From assembly GCF_006345805.1 (NCBI RefSeq), contig NC_042999.1:54312001-54376000 (forward strand): 64,000 nt of DNA. Direction: 5' to 3'. A program made the translations under genes and the position numbers. Positions 25,891 to 41,820 of this stretch are shown piece by piece; positions within the stretch are counted from its first letter, which is position 1; the number at the start of each line of letters is the position of its first letter. This DNA comes from Octopus sinensis (lineage: Eukaryota). The notes under the pieces are model-generated. The model had not been told where the DNA came from and did not search any database. It saw nothing but the letters and a program-made list of their open reading frames with translations.

Positions 25891-26974
25891 GGTATTTTAC
25901 GTGTAATTGCACATGTTTGTTTCTAAAAGAAGTTGTTAACTTTGAAACGAATCCATGTAGAATATCAATATCCTGACGTAGTCGCTACAGTTATTTTTGT
26001 TGTTTAACCCCAGGTAAGCCCCAATCGCGCAAATCTTTAACAGATATTCATATCGTAACCATCAAATCATTTCAGGCATATTACTTATCGTCTACTTCAC
26101 TTTCTTTCAGTGTGAATCTTCATCTTTGACGCAAGTTAATTAGCTTGCCTGTTTATTTTTCAAATTCGAAATATTGTGAAGGCATTCGTAGATGCATATA
26201 ACCGACAGAATGCCGGGGGGTTTTTTTGTTCTGTTTTTTAAGCTTCAGCTCAGAGCTGCAGCCATGCTGATGCACCGCCGTTTTGCGTTACACTGTTATT
26301 ACTAGGCGCCTCCTTGATGAAGAATGGAGTTTGATATAGCTACCCTCATTTGCACCTCTTGCCGTGATGTAGGCTCATCTGGGATTCTCGACAGGAAGAG
26401 GTCCAGCTTTGATTAAAAAAACCCTACATCTACTTTGTGCAAGTTCCTCAGACTCTTGGTAGAATATTAAAAAGCTGTGAGCCCTTGAAACCCAGGCTGT
26501 TGCAGTAACTGGTCCTGAAGCATGATGGCATTACTGGGATATCTGGCACTATGCAGTGTCGTCCCGTTCTGGCATTGGTGTAGCTTTCAATGCCAAAATT
26601 TCGCACAATTCCTTCCAGGATCTTCTAGATATACATTACTGCATACCTCTCCCGTCTTCTCTCCGGGTTTATATACATACAGACACATACATTTATGTAT
26701 TTATGTATACTAGTCTGTGGGATGGGGGGACTCTCCCGACAAAGACGACGTATGACAAATCAGTGGAACTCGAACCGCAAAGGGCAATCGACAACACACA
26801 CACATTACTATCACTGCCGAACGAACTACACTATGAGTTTGCTTCAAGTTGTATTTCCTTGTGCTGGACAAAATCCACTCCCTCCATCTAGGAAGCATAA
26901 CCTGGACTGGTGCACAATGTGCCACCTGTCAGTGGAAGATCACGTCGCAGATCAAATAGAAATGGTATGGCTTC

Positions 26975-27170
26975 ACCTGCCATTCGTCTGCCGCTACGTT
27001 CTGAGTTCAAATTCCGCCGAGGTCGACTTTGCCTTTCATCCTTTCGGGGGTCGATTAAATAAGTACCAGTTACGCACTGGGGTCGATATAATCGACTTAA
27101 TCCGTTTCTCTGTCCTCGTTTGTCCTCTCTGTGTTTAGCCCCTTGTGGGTAGTGAAGAAATAGGTATGGC
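26975..27170 (+). mobile_element. SINE S1
   Basis: cgtctgccgctacgttctgagttcaaattccgccgaggtcgac...gtgaagaaataggt. Confidence 0.85.
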
Positions 27171-27209
27171 TTCAACTACCAATGGGCTGAAAGACACACA
27201 CACACATAC

Positions 27210-27262
<53 letters not shown>

Positions 27263-27305
27263 TATAATATACATACATATAGACAGACAGATATATGTAT
27301 GTGTG

Positions 27306-27346
<41 letters not shown>

Positions 27347-28833
27347 GGAGAGAGAGAGTCGAACTTATATTTGTAACAATGATTATAGAATAATATTGTC
27401 TGTATGGCAGTCGTTGATGCTTGTTCCGCTGGCAACTTACGTAATTCCATTGTATCATTAATAGAGAATTTAATTCCGTCTGGCGCCAACATGAGAGACA
27501 ATTTAGAAAATATTTATTCCACATTTTCATTTGAACAATGACCATTTTGATTGCGATAACTTTATAATCTTTTTAAAGTCTAAAATAGAATTCATAAACA
27601 GACCCTATCTTATCTTCGTAAGCCTTTTACTAAATAAACACAAGATCAAAAGTGCAATCTTGGATATATTTATATAGAATGGCCTGTGAAAATATGCCCA
27701 GGGACGCCTTCTGCATGGGGAGTAAAGATGGTGTCAATATAATTCATGGAGAGAGCAAAAGAATGAATTAATGACACAAAATTACTCCCGTAATTGTTAA
27801 TGTTAAAAATATTAACAGTTATGATTGATTTTGGTCAAGTAAGTCAAAGAGAGAACTGTCGAGTGCAAATTAATTTAAAAAATAAATTGCGGAAGCGACA
27901 TGTTGAGTCTGCCTTTTAGTGTTTACAGCGATAACTCTCGGTATGTTTCAGTCGTGTTAGTCCTCTTCTATAAAATATAACCTTTCAGTCATTGCCAGAG
28001 CAGGAAATGCGTGTTTTACTAAAAGCAATCTCATAAGTATATTTATAGTATCATTGTTGTCTAACTCCAGGTCAACTCTAATTGAGTAGATTTAAGATCA
28101 AATGCGTTCCTGCCGTGACCATCTCATCATTTTCCAGATATCATTTAGTACTTCGTATTTCAGTGTATCTTTTCTTTAAGCCGGGTGGATAAAGGAAAAT
28201 TTGCGGTTATTATTAAGCAACACCTGGTCAAGTCCGGGTCAAGTATGAAAGAAATGTCAATATCAGAACAGATAGATTTAAGTAACCTCCTTCAATGGAG
28301 GGCGAGGATCAACAAAGACAATAATTTTGTAGAAATAGCTGTGAGAGATCCTTCAAAACTCACATTATCAACTGTCTGAAAAAAAAAGCATGGTGATTAT
28401 GGGTAGAATGGTTTTGATCATTGAATAGTGTGATCAGAGTTGGCAAGTGTCTAAATGACCGGAACATACGGCCTTGGTTTCACAACAATACACTTACCTG
28501 ATCACTGAGCCAGCAGTTATAAACAAAGCTATGTGTTGGTGATGGTCACTTTACTATTTACGGTTGAATACTCACCGATGCTCTCTGAGAATCAGAATCC
28601 ATTACCAGATTGAAGTTGGACTGAAGACAAGACAAGACAAAAGATGGGATGAGGAATCAGTGGCTGACATCCTGCTAAAATTGGATTAGGATCTTTTGAA
28701 GTTGTTACCATATGCAGAGGTCGTTTCTCTGCTGCCTCTGTCAGAATGCATTGTCTATGCGTCTATGTATATAGATACATGCTATTTTGATAGCTCTCGG
28801 CCGTCGAGACACTTTTGTCACTTTTTGCCAATT

Positions 28834-28869
<36 letters not shown>

Positions 28870-29139
28870 ACAAACACACACACATGTGTATATCATTTAA
28901 TATACACAGTATAAAGATAGGAGCTACTAATAGTTTCTTAATTTGGAGACATGGTTTTAGGCAGGTTTTTGACGACGCCTTATGTCTCCAAGCAATCTTC
29001 AGGCTTGGAGATACAAAGCATATTTATCTCTCACTGACTGCATATTTTCTTCATCTTACTTTAACGGAACAGTAAACTATATATATCGGAGATGTACTCG
29101 CATAGCAAGTGATTTGATCTGAGATCGTGTGCTGAAACG

Positions 29140-29325
29140 AAAACAATTGCAGCGTGGAAGGTGTTTGTAAGCCATTTAAGAAACACACAAGAGCCGTTCG
29201 ATTCACTTCAACATTTAAAGCGATGAAAATATTTTGACAAATTAAACTTAAATGTTGAAGTGAATCGAACGGCTTTTGTGTGTTTCGTAAATGGCTTACA
29301 AACACCTTCCACGCTGCAATTGTTT

Positions 29326-29326
<1 letters not shown>
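29140..29326. repeat. Inverted repeat (79-bp arms, 2 mismatches, 29-nt spacer)
   Basis: 29140-29218 is the reverse complement of 29248-29326; a single related copy lies at about 58205-58275. Confidence 0.92.
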
Positions 29327-29357
<31 letters not shown>

Positions 29358-30982
29358 ATAATATATATATATTATATATATATATATATATGTGTATATA
29401 TATATCCATATATAGATATAAATGTATTATGCAAATATGTCGATTGGTGTGCGTGTCTTCGTATATCTATAAACAGAGTAAAACAATAAATTATTTTAAA
29501 TTTAAACGTCTATTCTAATGACGATAAATGGGGAGGGAGGGAATCGGACATGATGTGTGTGTGTGTGTGCGCCCGCGCGCCGCGCGTGTAATGAAAGTGC
29601 CTTTGTCAATACACAGTCAATGCAACAAGAAGATATAGAATCGTGATGGCCTACAGCTCGAACGCCTATGTCGTTTGTGGACACGTCCAGCTATGATTGC
29701 TGTCAGTTGTTACTTTCAAGCAGTGGGTTTTCAACCGAGGGCCCATGTGATCCTTGGGTGGTGGATACCATACAAGATTTTGTTGTTAGAATTTATGTGC
29801 AACAAACTGATTATACTTGTTTAATACTAGAACAGTGCAGATCGATGAAATTAGATAATCGATGGTGTTCCAACATTTATTTTCCCATGTATTTGTTTAT
29901 CTGCGACTACATTGTCCGATCATATTCTGAAGAATCTAGATCAAGCTGTGAGAAATTCTTCCACCTGACATCCTTGTCCAACTTGTTAAAAGCTTGGAAT
30001 GGATTTCGAATTATCCTCACCAAAACGTTTGTTTAACAGAACTATTCTACTTACAGGTTAGATTTAATAAGAATACTAGCAGCTAAACCCGGCTTCACCC
30101 GGTCAGTTTGGATGATGTGGCTGTAAAACCTGCTCTGTGTAAGCATCACCCGTTCCTTCCTTATTCATCTATCACCCCTTCCTTTCTCATTCATAAACAC
30201 AAGAGTGTTATTATAATAGATTATCTCGGTAACCATGGGATGTATTTAAAAAGATACAAAGCCCAGCATCACCACCGGATCACTCTACACATCTGTGTAA
30301 TTTTTCGCGCAATTCCACCCAGCCGTTTGACCGTGAATCCCAAGACAAGAAAGAATCGCCTATATCAAATTTATATATATAAATTAAAGAAATGTCTGTA
30401 AAAATCTTTTTTTTTTCTTAACCCTTTTTTTTTTCATCTTTTTTTGTCCTTAACCCTTTTTTCACGAGTTCCCTTAAAATTCTAAAAATATCCTATTCTC
30501 TGAATATTTAAAGTAATCCTGTCTAATCCAATTCTGTGTCAACGACTCTCTTGTGGCTAAGTGTTACTCGAACGTATTTCATAAGGAACGGAAAACCATC
30601 ATCACCGTTGAGAACTCGAGATTCTTAAATCAATCTGCTGACCATTTTCACCTCTTCTTATATTCTAATAACACATTTCTAGCACTGATTTGCTCTGGTT
30701 TCTCTGTAGAATGACTATGCCTCTTTACATCTCAAAATCCCTTGTTTTCCGTTATTTATTTATTTATTTTTTTCTTTATGACCAAACCAATTACAGTGAC
30801 TTTTCCTCTTTCTTGCTTCTTTCTTCTTTCTCCTTCCTTTCATTTACTCACAGAATCATAAATCGTACGTTTTTTTTAATTCACGTGCACACTCCCCTCT
30901 TATAATTATTCATATTCAACATAAAGCTGTTGTAGATATTTGTATCGTTACTCAGTGAATCCTGCCTCTTGCAAACTTTTCT

Positions 30983-31678
30983 TCATCATCATCATCATTG
31001 TTCGACCGTGGTCGAGGCAATGGAATTTACCATGCTACGCCAGACTTCAAGGTTCATCATAGCATTACGGAGGTCCTGTTGCTGAACGCCTGTATCCCTG
31101 GAGATTACATCAGAGTAGGAGAGTATGCGCCCTCTGGTGTTGCGAGTAGATAGCTTCCAGGGGAGAAGAGTAGAAATTGCCTAGTTTTCAGCTCTACAAC
31201 AATGTCCAGCAAACTGGACTCTCCTACCTTTCACAAGAGATAACACAGGTGGTAGTTTCCCATATATTTGCATTTTGGTTGAATGACGCTTCCATGAGAG
31301 ATTTTGAGCTCTCATAAGGAGGCGAGTGTAGGTTCCATCCAACCGCCTCTCAAGCTTCTTTGATAACGTCCAGGTTTCTGAGCCATATAGTAGAATTGGT
31401 TCGACTGTGGCTTTGAAGATTTCAAGTTTGAAGTCTCTACTTAGATTTGATGACCAGATCTTATGCATGTCATTACAGGCTGACCAGGCCATACCCTTTC
31501 TAGTTAGAAAACTTTTCCAGATGATGATATGTATGACCCAAGATATTTGTAATCAGAAACCATATTCAAGGTCGCATTGTTGAGAGTATGGATGATGCAA
31601 TCACTGTTGGACAGGCACTTGTTTATATATTCAGTCTTGGCCCTATTGAGGCAAAGACCTACACAATTTGAGGCTTGT
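30983..31678 (-). mobile_element. 5'-truncated RTE-clade LINE with (GAT)n tail
   Basis: DYKYLGSYI...MAWSACNDMHKIWSSNL...KATVEPILLYGSETWTL...RRVQFAGHCCR; (cat)n on the plus strand at the 3' end. Confidence 0.88.
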
Positions 31679-32127
31679 TCGAGAGATTAACTTTTCTTAC
31701 TATCTTTTTTTCTAGCAATCTTTATTTATTTATCCTTTCGACATGGTTTCTCTCCATATTTCTTTGTATATTCTATTTTGTCTCATCTTCAGTTTCTCTC
31801 AACTTCATCTTCAGCAGTTTTCTTCTATGTCGAACTCTTTACGTATTAGCTTTAATACTGTATCACTTTTATTTGTACACAATATTTAAATAACTTGTCA
31901 ATCGTTAAATGATTTTAACGTTAAATATTACATTTCAGCTTCTCAGTAATTATAGCTCTCGTTTTAACTAAATATACAGTGCCAATATAAGACTATAATT
32001 TATAAAACATTTAGTTGCGCTGACGAGCAGTAACTGGAAACTCGGAAAAACAATAGGGTAAAGTTTGCGTTATAATTTGAGTCATGTATATGTTTACCAC
32101 ACATCACACACACATATATATATATGC

Positions 32128-32163
<36 letters not shown>

Positions 32164-32239
32164 CTATATATATTTACATATATATATATACCTATATATA
32201 TACATATACATATATTATATACATATATATATATATATA

Positions 32240-32312
<73 letters not shown>

Positions 32313-32490
32313 GTATATATATATAGCAAGAATCTATTTGTAACTCTTATCTTAATAAAATGTACATTAACTGATATTTATTTCTCACTACATGGAAGAC
32401 ATCTTTTTGCTGGTCCTACCTTAACGGAACAATATATTAATATGTATGTGTGCGTGTGCGTGTATATGTATGAATGAATGTATGTTTGTG

Positions 32491-32562
<72 letters not shown>

Positions 32563-32720
32563 GCGTGTGTGTTTATGTATATATATAATATATATATATG
32601 TATATATGTATATAGTTAATCCAAACATGAAAGCACAAAAAAAACACAACGCGAGGGTGGAAAAAATATAGTATTATTGGACGCTCAGAAAAGAAGGATA
32701 TATATGCATATATATATATA

Positions 32721-32808
<88 letters not shown>

Positions 32809-33019
32809 CATAATCGCCATCATCTTTGCGTCCACTTTCCATGCTAGTGGAACATGTCACGGTCCGTGATAAAAAGGGCATCCAGCCGTAGAGAGCAAAC
32901 GAAATGAGACGGGGTCAGCACCAAACTATGAAAACAGCAGCCTGCAGTAACAAATGATTAGCAGCGCGACCACCCATTTTATTTGACCCGTTCCAGCGTA
33001 AGAAGCGAACGTAAAAGTC

Positions 33020-33054
<35 letters not shown>

Positions 33055-33124
33055 ATTTGCATATATATATATGTATGTGTTCCTGAATGCGTCCTTGCAA
33101 ATACAGACACGCACATATGTATAT

Positions 33125-33510
<386 letters not shown>

Positions 33511-33754
33511 ATTCAGGTATTATGTATTTCAAGTTCATTGAGATTACGAAAGCCAATTGATGTAACTTGAAGATCAAATAACATTTCATTTTACAAGAAA
33601 TTTGACTCAGCTCTCATTATTGTGTCCCTCCATCAGCAATCAAAACTTTGTAACATTTGATCCAGCTTTAATATGACAATAACACACACACACACATACA
33701 CACACATACACCACACACACATATACACACCTCCCTACGTACATACATACATAC

Positions 33755-33860
33755 AAAATCTGTAAAACTTTCCAGACGTTTATCATTTAAATATATATGA
33801 GTGTGTCTAGATATGTAGCTATATGCATGAGAATACATACAAAATATACAAATCTGCACA
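33755..33860 (+). mobile_element. 3' end of the same RLE LINE as 6697-6947, inside (TACA)n
   Basis: aaaatctgtaaaactttccagacgtttatcatttaa (KICKTFQTFII*) plus matching 3' UTR; (TACA)n on both sides. Confidence 0.75.
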
Positions 33861-34355
33861 TACATACTTATATACATACATACATACATTACATACATAC
33901 ATACGTAATACATACATACATACATAATACATACATACATACATACATACATACATACATACATACATGCATACATAATACATACATGCATGCATACATA
34001 CATACATACATGCTTGCATACATACATAATACATACATACATATATACATACATACATACATAATACATACATACATACATAATACATACATACATACAT
34101 ACATACATGCATACATACATGCATAATGCATACATACATGCATACATATATACATACATGCATACATACATACATATACATACATATATACAGACATACA
34201 TGCATACATACATACATACATGCATGCATACATACATACATACATACATACATACATACATACTACATACATGCATGCATGCATGCATGCATACATACAT
34301 ACATACATACATACATACATACATACATACATACATACATACATGCTTACATACA
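33860..34355. repeat. (TACA)n compound microsatellite
   Basis: Direct inspection. Confidence 0.95.
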
Positions 34356-34364
34356 TACATGGGT

Positions 34365-34555
34365 TTAAAATTCTAGTACAAAGCCAGAAATTTCGGGGGA
34401 TGATTGCATCAACCCAAGTGCACAACTGGTACTATTTGATCGATCCCAGAAGTATAAAATGGCAAAGTCGACCTCGGCGAAATTTGAACTCAGAAGGTAA
34501 GAACGGACGAAATACCGCTAAGCATTTGTCCGGAAGGCTAACGTTTCCACCAACT
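34365..34555 (-). mobile_element. SINE S1
   Basis: ggcaaagtcgacctcggcgaaatttgaactcagaa...gaaataccgctaagcatt. Confidence 0.8.
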
Positions 34556-34560
34556 CTCCT

Positions 34561-34616
<56 letters not shown>

Positions 34617-34856
34617 TGAGTGTATATATGTACATACGTATATTCATGTTAGTGTGTATGTGGATGTTTGCTTGTATGTATGTACGGACAGGTAGATATG
34701 TATGTATGTGTGCGTGTGTGGGTGTGTATGTGCAAGCGTATATGCATGTGTATATACATGTGTGCCGTGTATCTGAATAATTATAAACAGAATAAAATTT
34801 ATCGGAGTCGAGTGTGTCTCTGCCTCACTCTCCCTCCCTCTCTACATGTATATATA

Positions 34857-34889
<33 letters not shown>

Positions 34890-34919
34890 ATGCATTTATC
34901 TACATACATATGTACATAA

Positions 34920-34951
<32 letters not shown>

Positions 34952-35283
34952 ATATATAAACAAATACACATACATACATACTACATACATACATACATAC
35001 ATACATACATACATACATACATACATACATACATACATTATTATATACATACATACATGCATGGATAAATAGGGTGTGCAAATTAATGAAAAGAAAACAC
35101 GTTAATTGAACTACAACCACAGCAACAACAACGACAACAGTAGCGGAATAATGGCGGCATTCTCGCTATCGAGGCCAATATTTTCAATCCATTACATCTT
35201 ATGATGATTAAATAGAGCATTTAGGGGAAAGAAAAGGATACTTCAGCCCATCTGTTGTTGGTGTGGTTCTATTGTAGTGAATG

Positions 35284-35368
<85 letters not shown>

Positions 35369-36611
35369 TTGTGTTATTCTGTTCGCTCTATAAACATACG
35401 GTGTATTATAACGAAACAATTTGGAGATATCTAAGAACGTAGATGGTTATTAATTTAATATAAAGGTATGTCAGAGGTTGTATGTACACATGGATTCATT
35501 GTAGGAACATTTGTATAAATATATTTGTGTGTATTGGAGTGTAGATATACATGTATATTTATGTATATATATGGTTCTGTATAACGTATTAAGAATGAAA
35601 TATGAGGGGAAAAAAGAAAGAACTTTATTTAAAAGGATTAAAGTAGAGCAGTGATGTCTTCAATAAAATGTTCGTGAGGAATGTGAATCTCTATACACAG
35701 ACATGCGCGCGCACTCACACATGAATATATAAGCATAAATGTATGTATGCGCGTATGTATCTATAAGTATACATACATTCGCATACATATATATGTATGT
35801 GTATATGTGTGTGTGAGTCTGTATGTATAAATATATATATATATATATAGATATATATATATATATATATATATATAAGGCTAGTAGAGTTAGAGTTTGG
35901 AATAACCGTCTAAGGGATAAAAATATCCGTTATACTACCCGAATAATTACCTATTTTAACTCTGGACATACATATGCAAGCATATTATGCTCCTAGATTA
36001 CAGGTAATGACAAAGATAAACATAAGTTGTCAGGAATCAAATTTAAAGTAAACAGAAAATAGAGAAATATTGATCAACAACAATTGACTAACATCGATTA
36101 TTACTTTTTAATACAAATACTTTGTGCCACCTAACAGCCGTTTCTGCTTCCAATGTTCCACGGGGTTGCCATTGAAAATTCAGAGAATAATATTCGTCAT
36201 ATTTTATAACACATCAGATCTGGAACATGGAGCTTCGTCAGAGTGAAGAGAAATACATAAAAGAAAAGAAAAGAAAAGCCTCGAGAAGAAGATTAAAGGC
36301 TAAATAATATTTAAATCTTACCATTTTGCAATGTGACACTTCAGGACGTTGAGTAAACGATTAAACTAGAAATATTAATTAATTGGTAGGTTAATCTTTC
36401 ATTAGGGGTAACAGGGTGTATTAATAATAATATGTATATGTATATTTATATATATAACATATGGTATAATTAGCCATTTCTCAACAGACTGAAAAAACGC
36501 TGAACAACCTTTATCGATTTTCAAACCTTATTGGGGTCTCATCAGAGTCGTCCACATCACTTTGACAATCTCCAGAGAAACAAACAGCACATATATATAT
36601 ACATATGTGTA

Positions 36612-36665
<54 letters not shown>

Positions 36666-37064
36666 TATACATACATATATACATACATACATACATACAT
36701 ACATACATACATACATACAGACGCACATACGCACATATAGCCACCACGCGGGGTTGAGCATAGATTTTCATTGTTCGACATTCCATTCACGTATGTATGT
36801 ATTCTCTTACTTTTGTACTTGTTTCGGTCATTTGACTGTGGCCATGCTGGAGCGCTGAATTTAGTCGAACAAATCGACTCCAGGACTTATTCTTTGTAAG
36901 CCTAGTACTTATTCTATCGGTCTGTTTTGCCGAACGTAAAACACGCCAATATCGTTCGTCAAGCGATGGTGGGGAGACACACTCAGACACACAGACACAC
37001 ATACATACATACATACATACATACATACATACATACATACACACATACATACACACACGCACAC

Positions 37065-37103
<39 letters not shown>

Positions 37104-37422
37104 TGAGTGGGCAAATTCAAAACAGTTTGATTCGGGTCCCGTGCCACTTCAAGTTTCGCAATCCCGTAGAGAGAGACAAAGACAGAGAGATAGGGACAAA
37201 GAGAGAGAGAGACAGACAGACAGACAGAGAGAAGGGAGAGGAGACTGGAATTACATGATTATGTATCTATAAACATGTATGTATGTATATAATAGAAATA
37301 ATAAGTCAGCGTTTAAAATGTATGTATGCTGATGATCATGCAGGCGGTGGCGGTGGTGGTATGTGATAGTGTAGTTATCTGTTCATGCTTGTGTACCTCG
37401 TAATCTGCGACATGTAATGGTC

Positions 37423-37850
37423 CAGACGAAATACCTATTTCTTTACTACCCACAAGGGGCTAAACAGAAAGAGGACAGACGAGGACAGACAAACGGATTA
37501 AGTCGATTATATCGACCCTAGTGCGTAACTGGTACTTATTTAATCGACCCCGAAAGGATGAAAGGCAAAGTCGACCTCGGCGGAATTTGAACTCAGAACG
37601 TAGCGGCAGACGAAATACCTATTTCTTTACTACCCGCAAGGGGCTAAACACAAAGAGGACAAACAAGGACAGACAAACGGATTAAGTCGATTATATCGAC
37701 CCCAGTGCGTAACTGGTACTTATTTAATCGATCCCGAAAGGATGAAAGGCAAAGTCGACCTCGGCGGAATTTGAACTCAGAACGTAGCGGCAGACGAAAT
37801 ACTGCTAAGCATTTCGCCCTGCGTGCTTAACGTTTCTGCCAGCTCGCCGT
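37423..37850 (-). mobile_element. Tandem multimer of SINE S1 (184-bp period)
   Basis: cagacgaaatac recurs at 37423, 37607 and 37791; only the outermost unit carries the full head. Confidence 0.9.
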
Positions 37851-38922
37851 CTTCAAGAAGGTGTATTTGTAAGCATGCCAACATACATTGGTGATTATGA
37901 TAGAAGCTTTGTAAAATGTATAGCGACAACAGTTATCGTTGTGTGGTTGTCATTCGTTTCACAATTCCATATCTTCGGGATCAATCCCACCGCACAACAT
38001 CTGGACATATAAAATCCGATTGAGGTAAACTGTGTAGAAGATGACCAGAGAAAATATTCCCTTTTATTTTTCGGTTGTAGATTTAAACTGTTATCCGGTT
38101 TTACGCAACCAAAAGGATTTTAGATTCCTCCACAGAATCCACTCTAATTAGAGGACCTTGAAAAGGATCAGGTTGATGTGACAAACTGGGTCAAAACCCT
38201 CCAAATGGTGGTAAATTTGTTCTCAGGTTTTGTTTGTCTTTATAGAGACATCTAAACGATTTGCAGTTTAAGGTTTGAAGACTTTAGAGACATCAGTTAT
38301 GATTTAGTTTAGCCACGAAGGTGTTTCTGACGGGTCGGAAGTAAAACACATGCATTGCCGATGATGGGTTAACCATAAAGAACAGCCATCATCTGTTTGC
38401 CTTGAAGTGACAGGAGGTTGGGGAGGCAGGGGCTGTCGGGTAATATTAACGGAATTCATTTAATTAATCAATCATTCGTCAGACAAACCAATTTTCAGGA
38501 GAGATTTTCTGTTGTTATTTTCATATTGGCTGTAAATAAAATTTAGTGTTAAGAAATTTCGCCAAAGATCCATTTCGGACCGAAGTCTGTGAATATTCCT
38601 GGAGAAGAAGGAGAAACATTAATGATGAATTATTTAAAAACTGTCAGCTGATATATATACATAGGTATATTTACATACGCGCACGCGCATGTGTGTATGC
38701 TTGCTTAAGTATGTACATAATACATATACATAAATGTATACGTTCTATATTTTGTGAAACAAGGATGTTCCATATGGTGTATATCATATAATATTTATCC
38801 CTAGTCCATATATTTCGCTCTCTTTTTTTCTTCTTTTCAAACGAAATCATTTCTCTTACGTGTAAGCTGTTTTCAGTTGCGCATGACTCGTTGTGCGTAA
38901 CTATGTGAGTACAAATATATAT

Positions 38923-38972
<50 letters not shown>

Positions 38973-39050
38973 CATACATACATACAACATACATACATAT
39001 ATATATACGTATGTATGTATGAATTCGTGTATATATATAATATATATATT

Positions 39051-39112
<62 letters not shown>

Positions 39113-39499
39113 TATGCGTGTATGTATCTGTGTGTGTCCGTATACAGCGACACGTATTATTAAAGTGGGTATGACAATAAGATAAAGGAGAGACTAGAAA
39201 AGACAGACTGACAACCACAAGGGCGATAAATGGAGTTGATAAAAGTTATCGTCTCCATCGTTATGATAAATCCTTGAGCTAGGGAGTGGCCTTTGGGTGT
39301 TTCCTCTGTTGCCCCTCCATAGATGCCCATCACTCATTCATGAATTCCCTCAACATCTGCCGCAGTTTTGACAGTTATATGTGAATGCGCGTATCCGCGT
39401 GTATAGACGAATATATTCACATATATACTTACACAAATATACAAATATATATGTGTATATATATATAAATATATATATATAAAATACTATATAATTCTA

Positions 39500-40761
39500 T
39501 AATTTGGCAATATTATTTTATTCACTTTTGCATGTTTACACTTTTATCGCCTTCAAAGTATTCTCCATTTGAAGCAATACATCGGACCAGACGCGTTTTC
39601 CACTGTTGGAAGCAGTCCTGGAATTCTTGCGAAGTGATGCCTTTTAACACATCTGTGTTTTTTTTGGGGGTTTTTTTCGTCACTCTTCCATATCTGCAAA
39701 ACGTTTTTCTTTAAGACTTTTTTTCATTCGGGGGGGACAAAAATGTCTCAAGGAGCAAGATCGGGTAAATATGGGAAGATAGGTAAGCGGGGTCATGCCA
39801 ATTTTTGGCCAAAAATTGTCTCACACTCAAGGCGGTGTGCGCAGGCACATTGTCGTGATAAAGCCACCACTCTCCACTTTGCCACAAGTCGGGGCGTTTT
39901 CCTCTCATCGCGTCTCGCAAATATTTCAGAACTGCCAAGTAAAATGTCTGGTTAACAGTTTGACCAGGAGGAACAAATTCTCTGTGGACACTTCCTTTCG
40001 CGTCCATGAAACAAATTAACATCGTCTTGGCATTGGTTTACTTTTTGGGGGCGTGGTGACATCGAATACTTCCGTTGACTTGATTGCTGCTTCGTTTCCG
40101 GGTCGTAACCGTAGCACCACCTTTCGTCACCAGTGATGACCTTCGAAAAAAAGGTCCGGATCAACTTCCAACTGTTCTTTCAATTCACGACACGCATTCA
40201 ATCGTGACGGCTTTTGATCTTCGCTGAGCAAGCGAGGCACGAATTTAGCTACAACTCTTTTCATTCGCAATTCCTCGCTCAAAATTCGTTGGCAGGAACT
40301 CCAGAACAAACCAGTCATACCAACAAGTTCTTCAAATTGATCGGTGACGGTCCTCCATGATCACTTCATGAAATTTCATGATGTTTTCATTCGCTCGGAG
40401 GATCGATTGTCGTCCTGAACGAGGTTGGTCTTCAAACGACAAGTAACCATTCCTACAGCGTGAAAACCACTCGTAAACTTGTGATTTTGCTCATGGCAGA
40501 ATCCTTGTAAGCCATTTGAAGCATGACAACTCTTTCGGTCACCGTTTTCCGCAGCAGAAAACAGAATTTCGCCGAAGCACACGGTTCCTTCGTTTCAGCC
40601 ATCGCAATAATCGACGAACAGGAGAGAAGCACCACGTGACAGTACCACATCACCCGACGATGCCTGAGTGTCGCATCAAATGATTTCTAGCAGCGGAAGC
40701 CTGAACTACAACGGGCTTGTCCCACAGAGAACGTTTCTAGTTAGGTTTGGGTACCCCTTCG
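39500..40761 (-). mobile_element. Decayed mariner transposon
   Basis: KFVPRLL, ITGDERWCYGYDPETKQQS, EFVPPGQTVNQ and LYHDNVPAH in shifting frames; terminus TA|CGAAGGGGTACCCAAA at 40761; other TIR not found. Confidence 0.85.
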
Positions 40762-41013
40762 TACATACATACACATACATTTATATTGCGAATGTGTATA
40801 TTTATACACGTATATATAAACAGAAAGAAAGTGAGGAAAGAGAGACAGAGATTGGTAGATAGGGAAATACATATAGAGAGTTGGAGAAAATAGTCAGACA
40901 CAGACAGAATTTTATGAATTTGTTTTACAAGATTCCTGATGTGAAATCGTAGGTTGAAACAGAATTTGTTATATTTCGGGATGGTCATATTTTTGTATAT
41001 GTACTTTTTGTAA

Positions 41014-41158
<145 letters not shown>

Positions 41159-41244
41159 CAGATAGACAGACAGATAGATAGATAGACAGATAGACAGACA
41201 GACAGATAGATAGATAGATGGATAGATCGATCGATCGATAGATA

Positions 41245-41537
41245 TGTTTCTTTATTAGCCACACAGGGCTGCACACAGATAGAACAAATTACAAGGTAGA
41301 GCTTTTCTTTTGAAGGTAAAAAAAAAGGGGGGGGTCGATCAAAAGGGATCGTAAAAGGAGAGAAAGAGGACAAAAAAAGGGGGGGTTAAAAAAAAAGGGG
41401 GGAGAGGAAAAAATTGATCAATAGGGATCGTTATCACAGAAATGTCAATATGAAGTGTAAAGGGGAGGACAGGTGAGGTTTACCCGTGGAAAGAAAAGCA
41501 TACGGAAAAGACCACGGTAACCTCGGTCAATGAAGTC

Positions 41538-41614
<77 letters not shown>

Positions 41615-41820
41615 GGTGCCAAGTGTTTATGCCTGCCTGGCAATAGGGAGTGTATATAGGAAGATATCAACTCCACCGCTGAAGAGCCATACTGACCAAT
41701 GGAGAATACGGAAGATGTGTTACATTCACTTCTCCTTAATTTCTTGTCGACATTTTCGTCGCTCATCCCCCTAATCTTCTCTCTGACGCATTTTCCTCTG
41801 CAACTCCTGAAAATCACTTG
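41245..41820 (-). mobile_element. LINE 3' end (Tx1-like, tentative) ending in and interrupted by (TATC)n
   Basis: Ends gccctgtgtggctaataaagaaaca(tatc)n, resembling the end of the 775-1180 element; related fragment at about 46130-46225 also abuts (GATA)n. Confidence 0.45.

Noticed and set aside
30070-30112. actagcagctaaacccggcttcacccgg as a Helitron-like 5' end
   Set aside because: Only a short resemblance; no matching 3' hairpin/CTAG end identified.
37423-37850. Regularly spaced repeats resembling a CRISPR array
   Set aside because: The whole 184-bp unit is repeated SINE sequence, with no unique spacers and no cas genes in a eukaryotic context.
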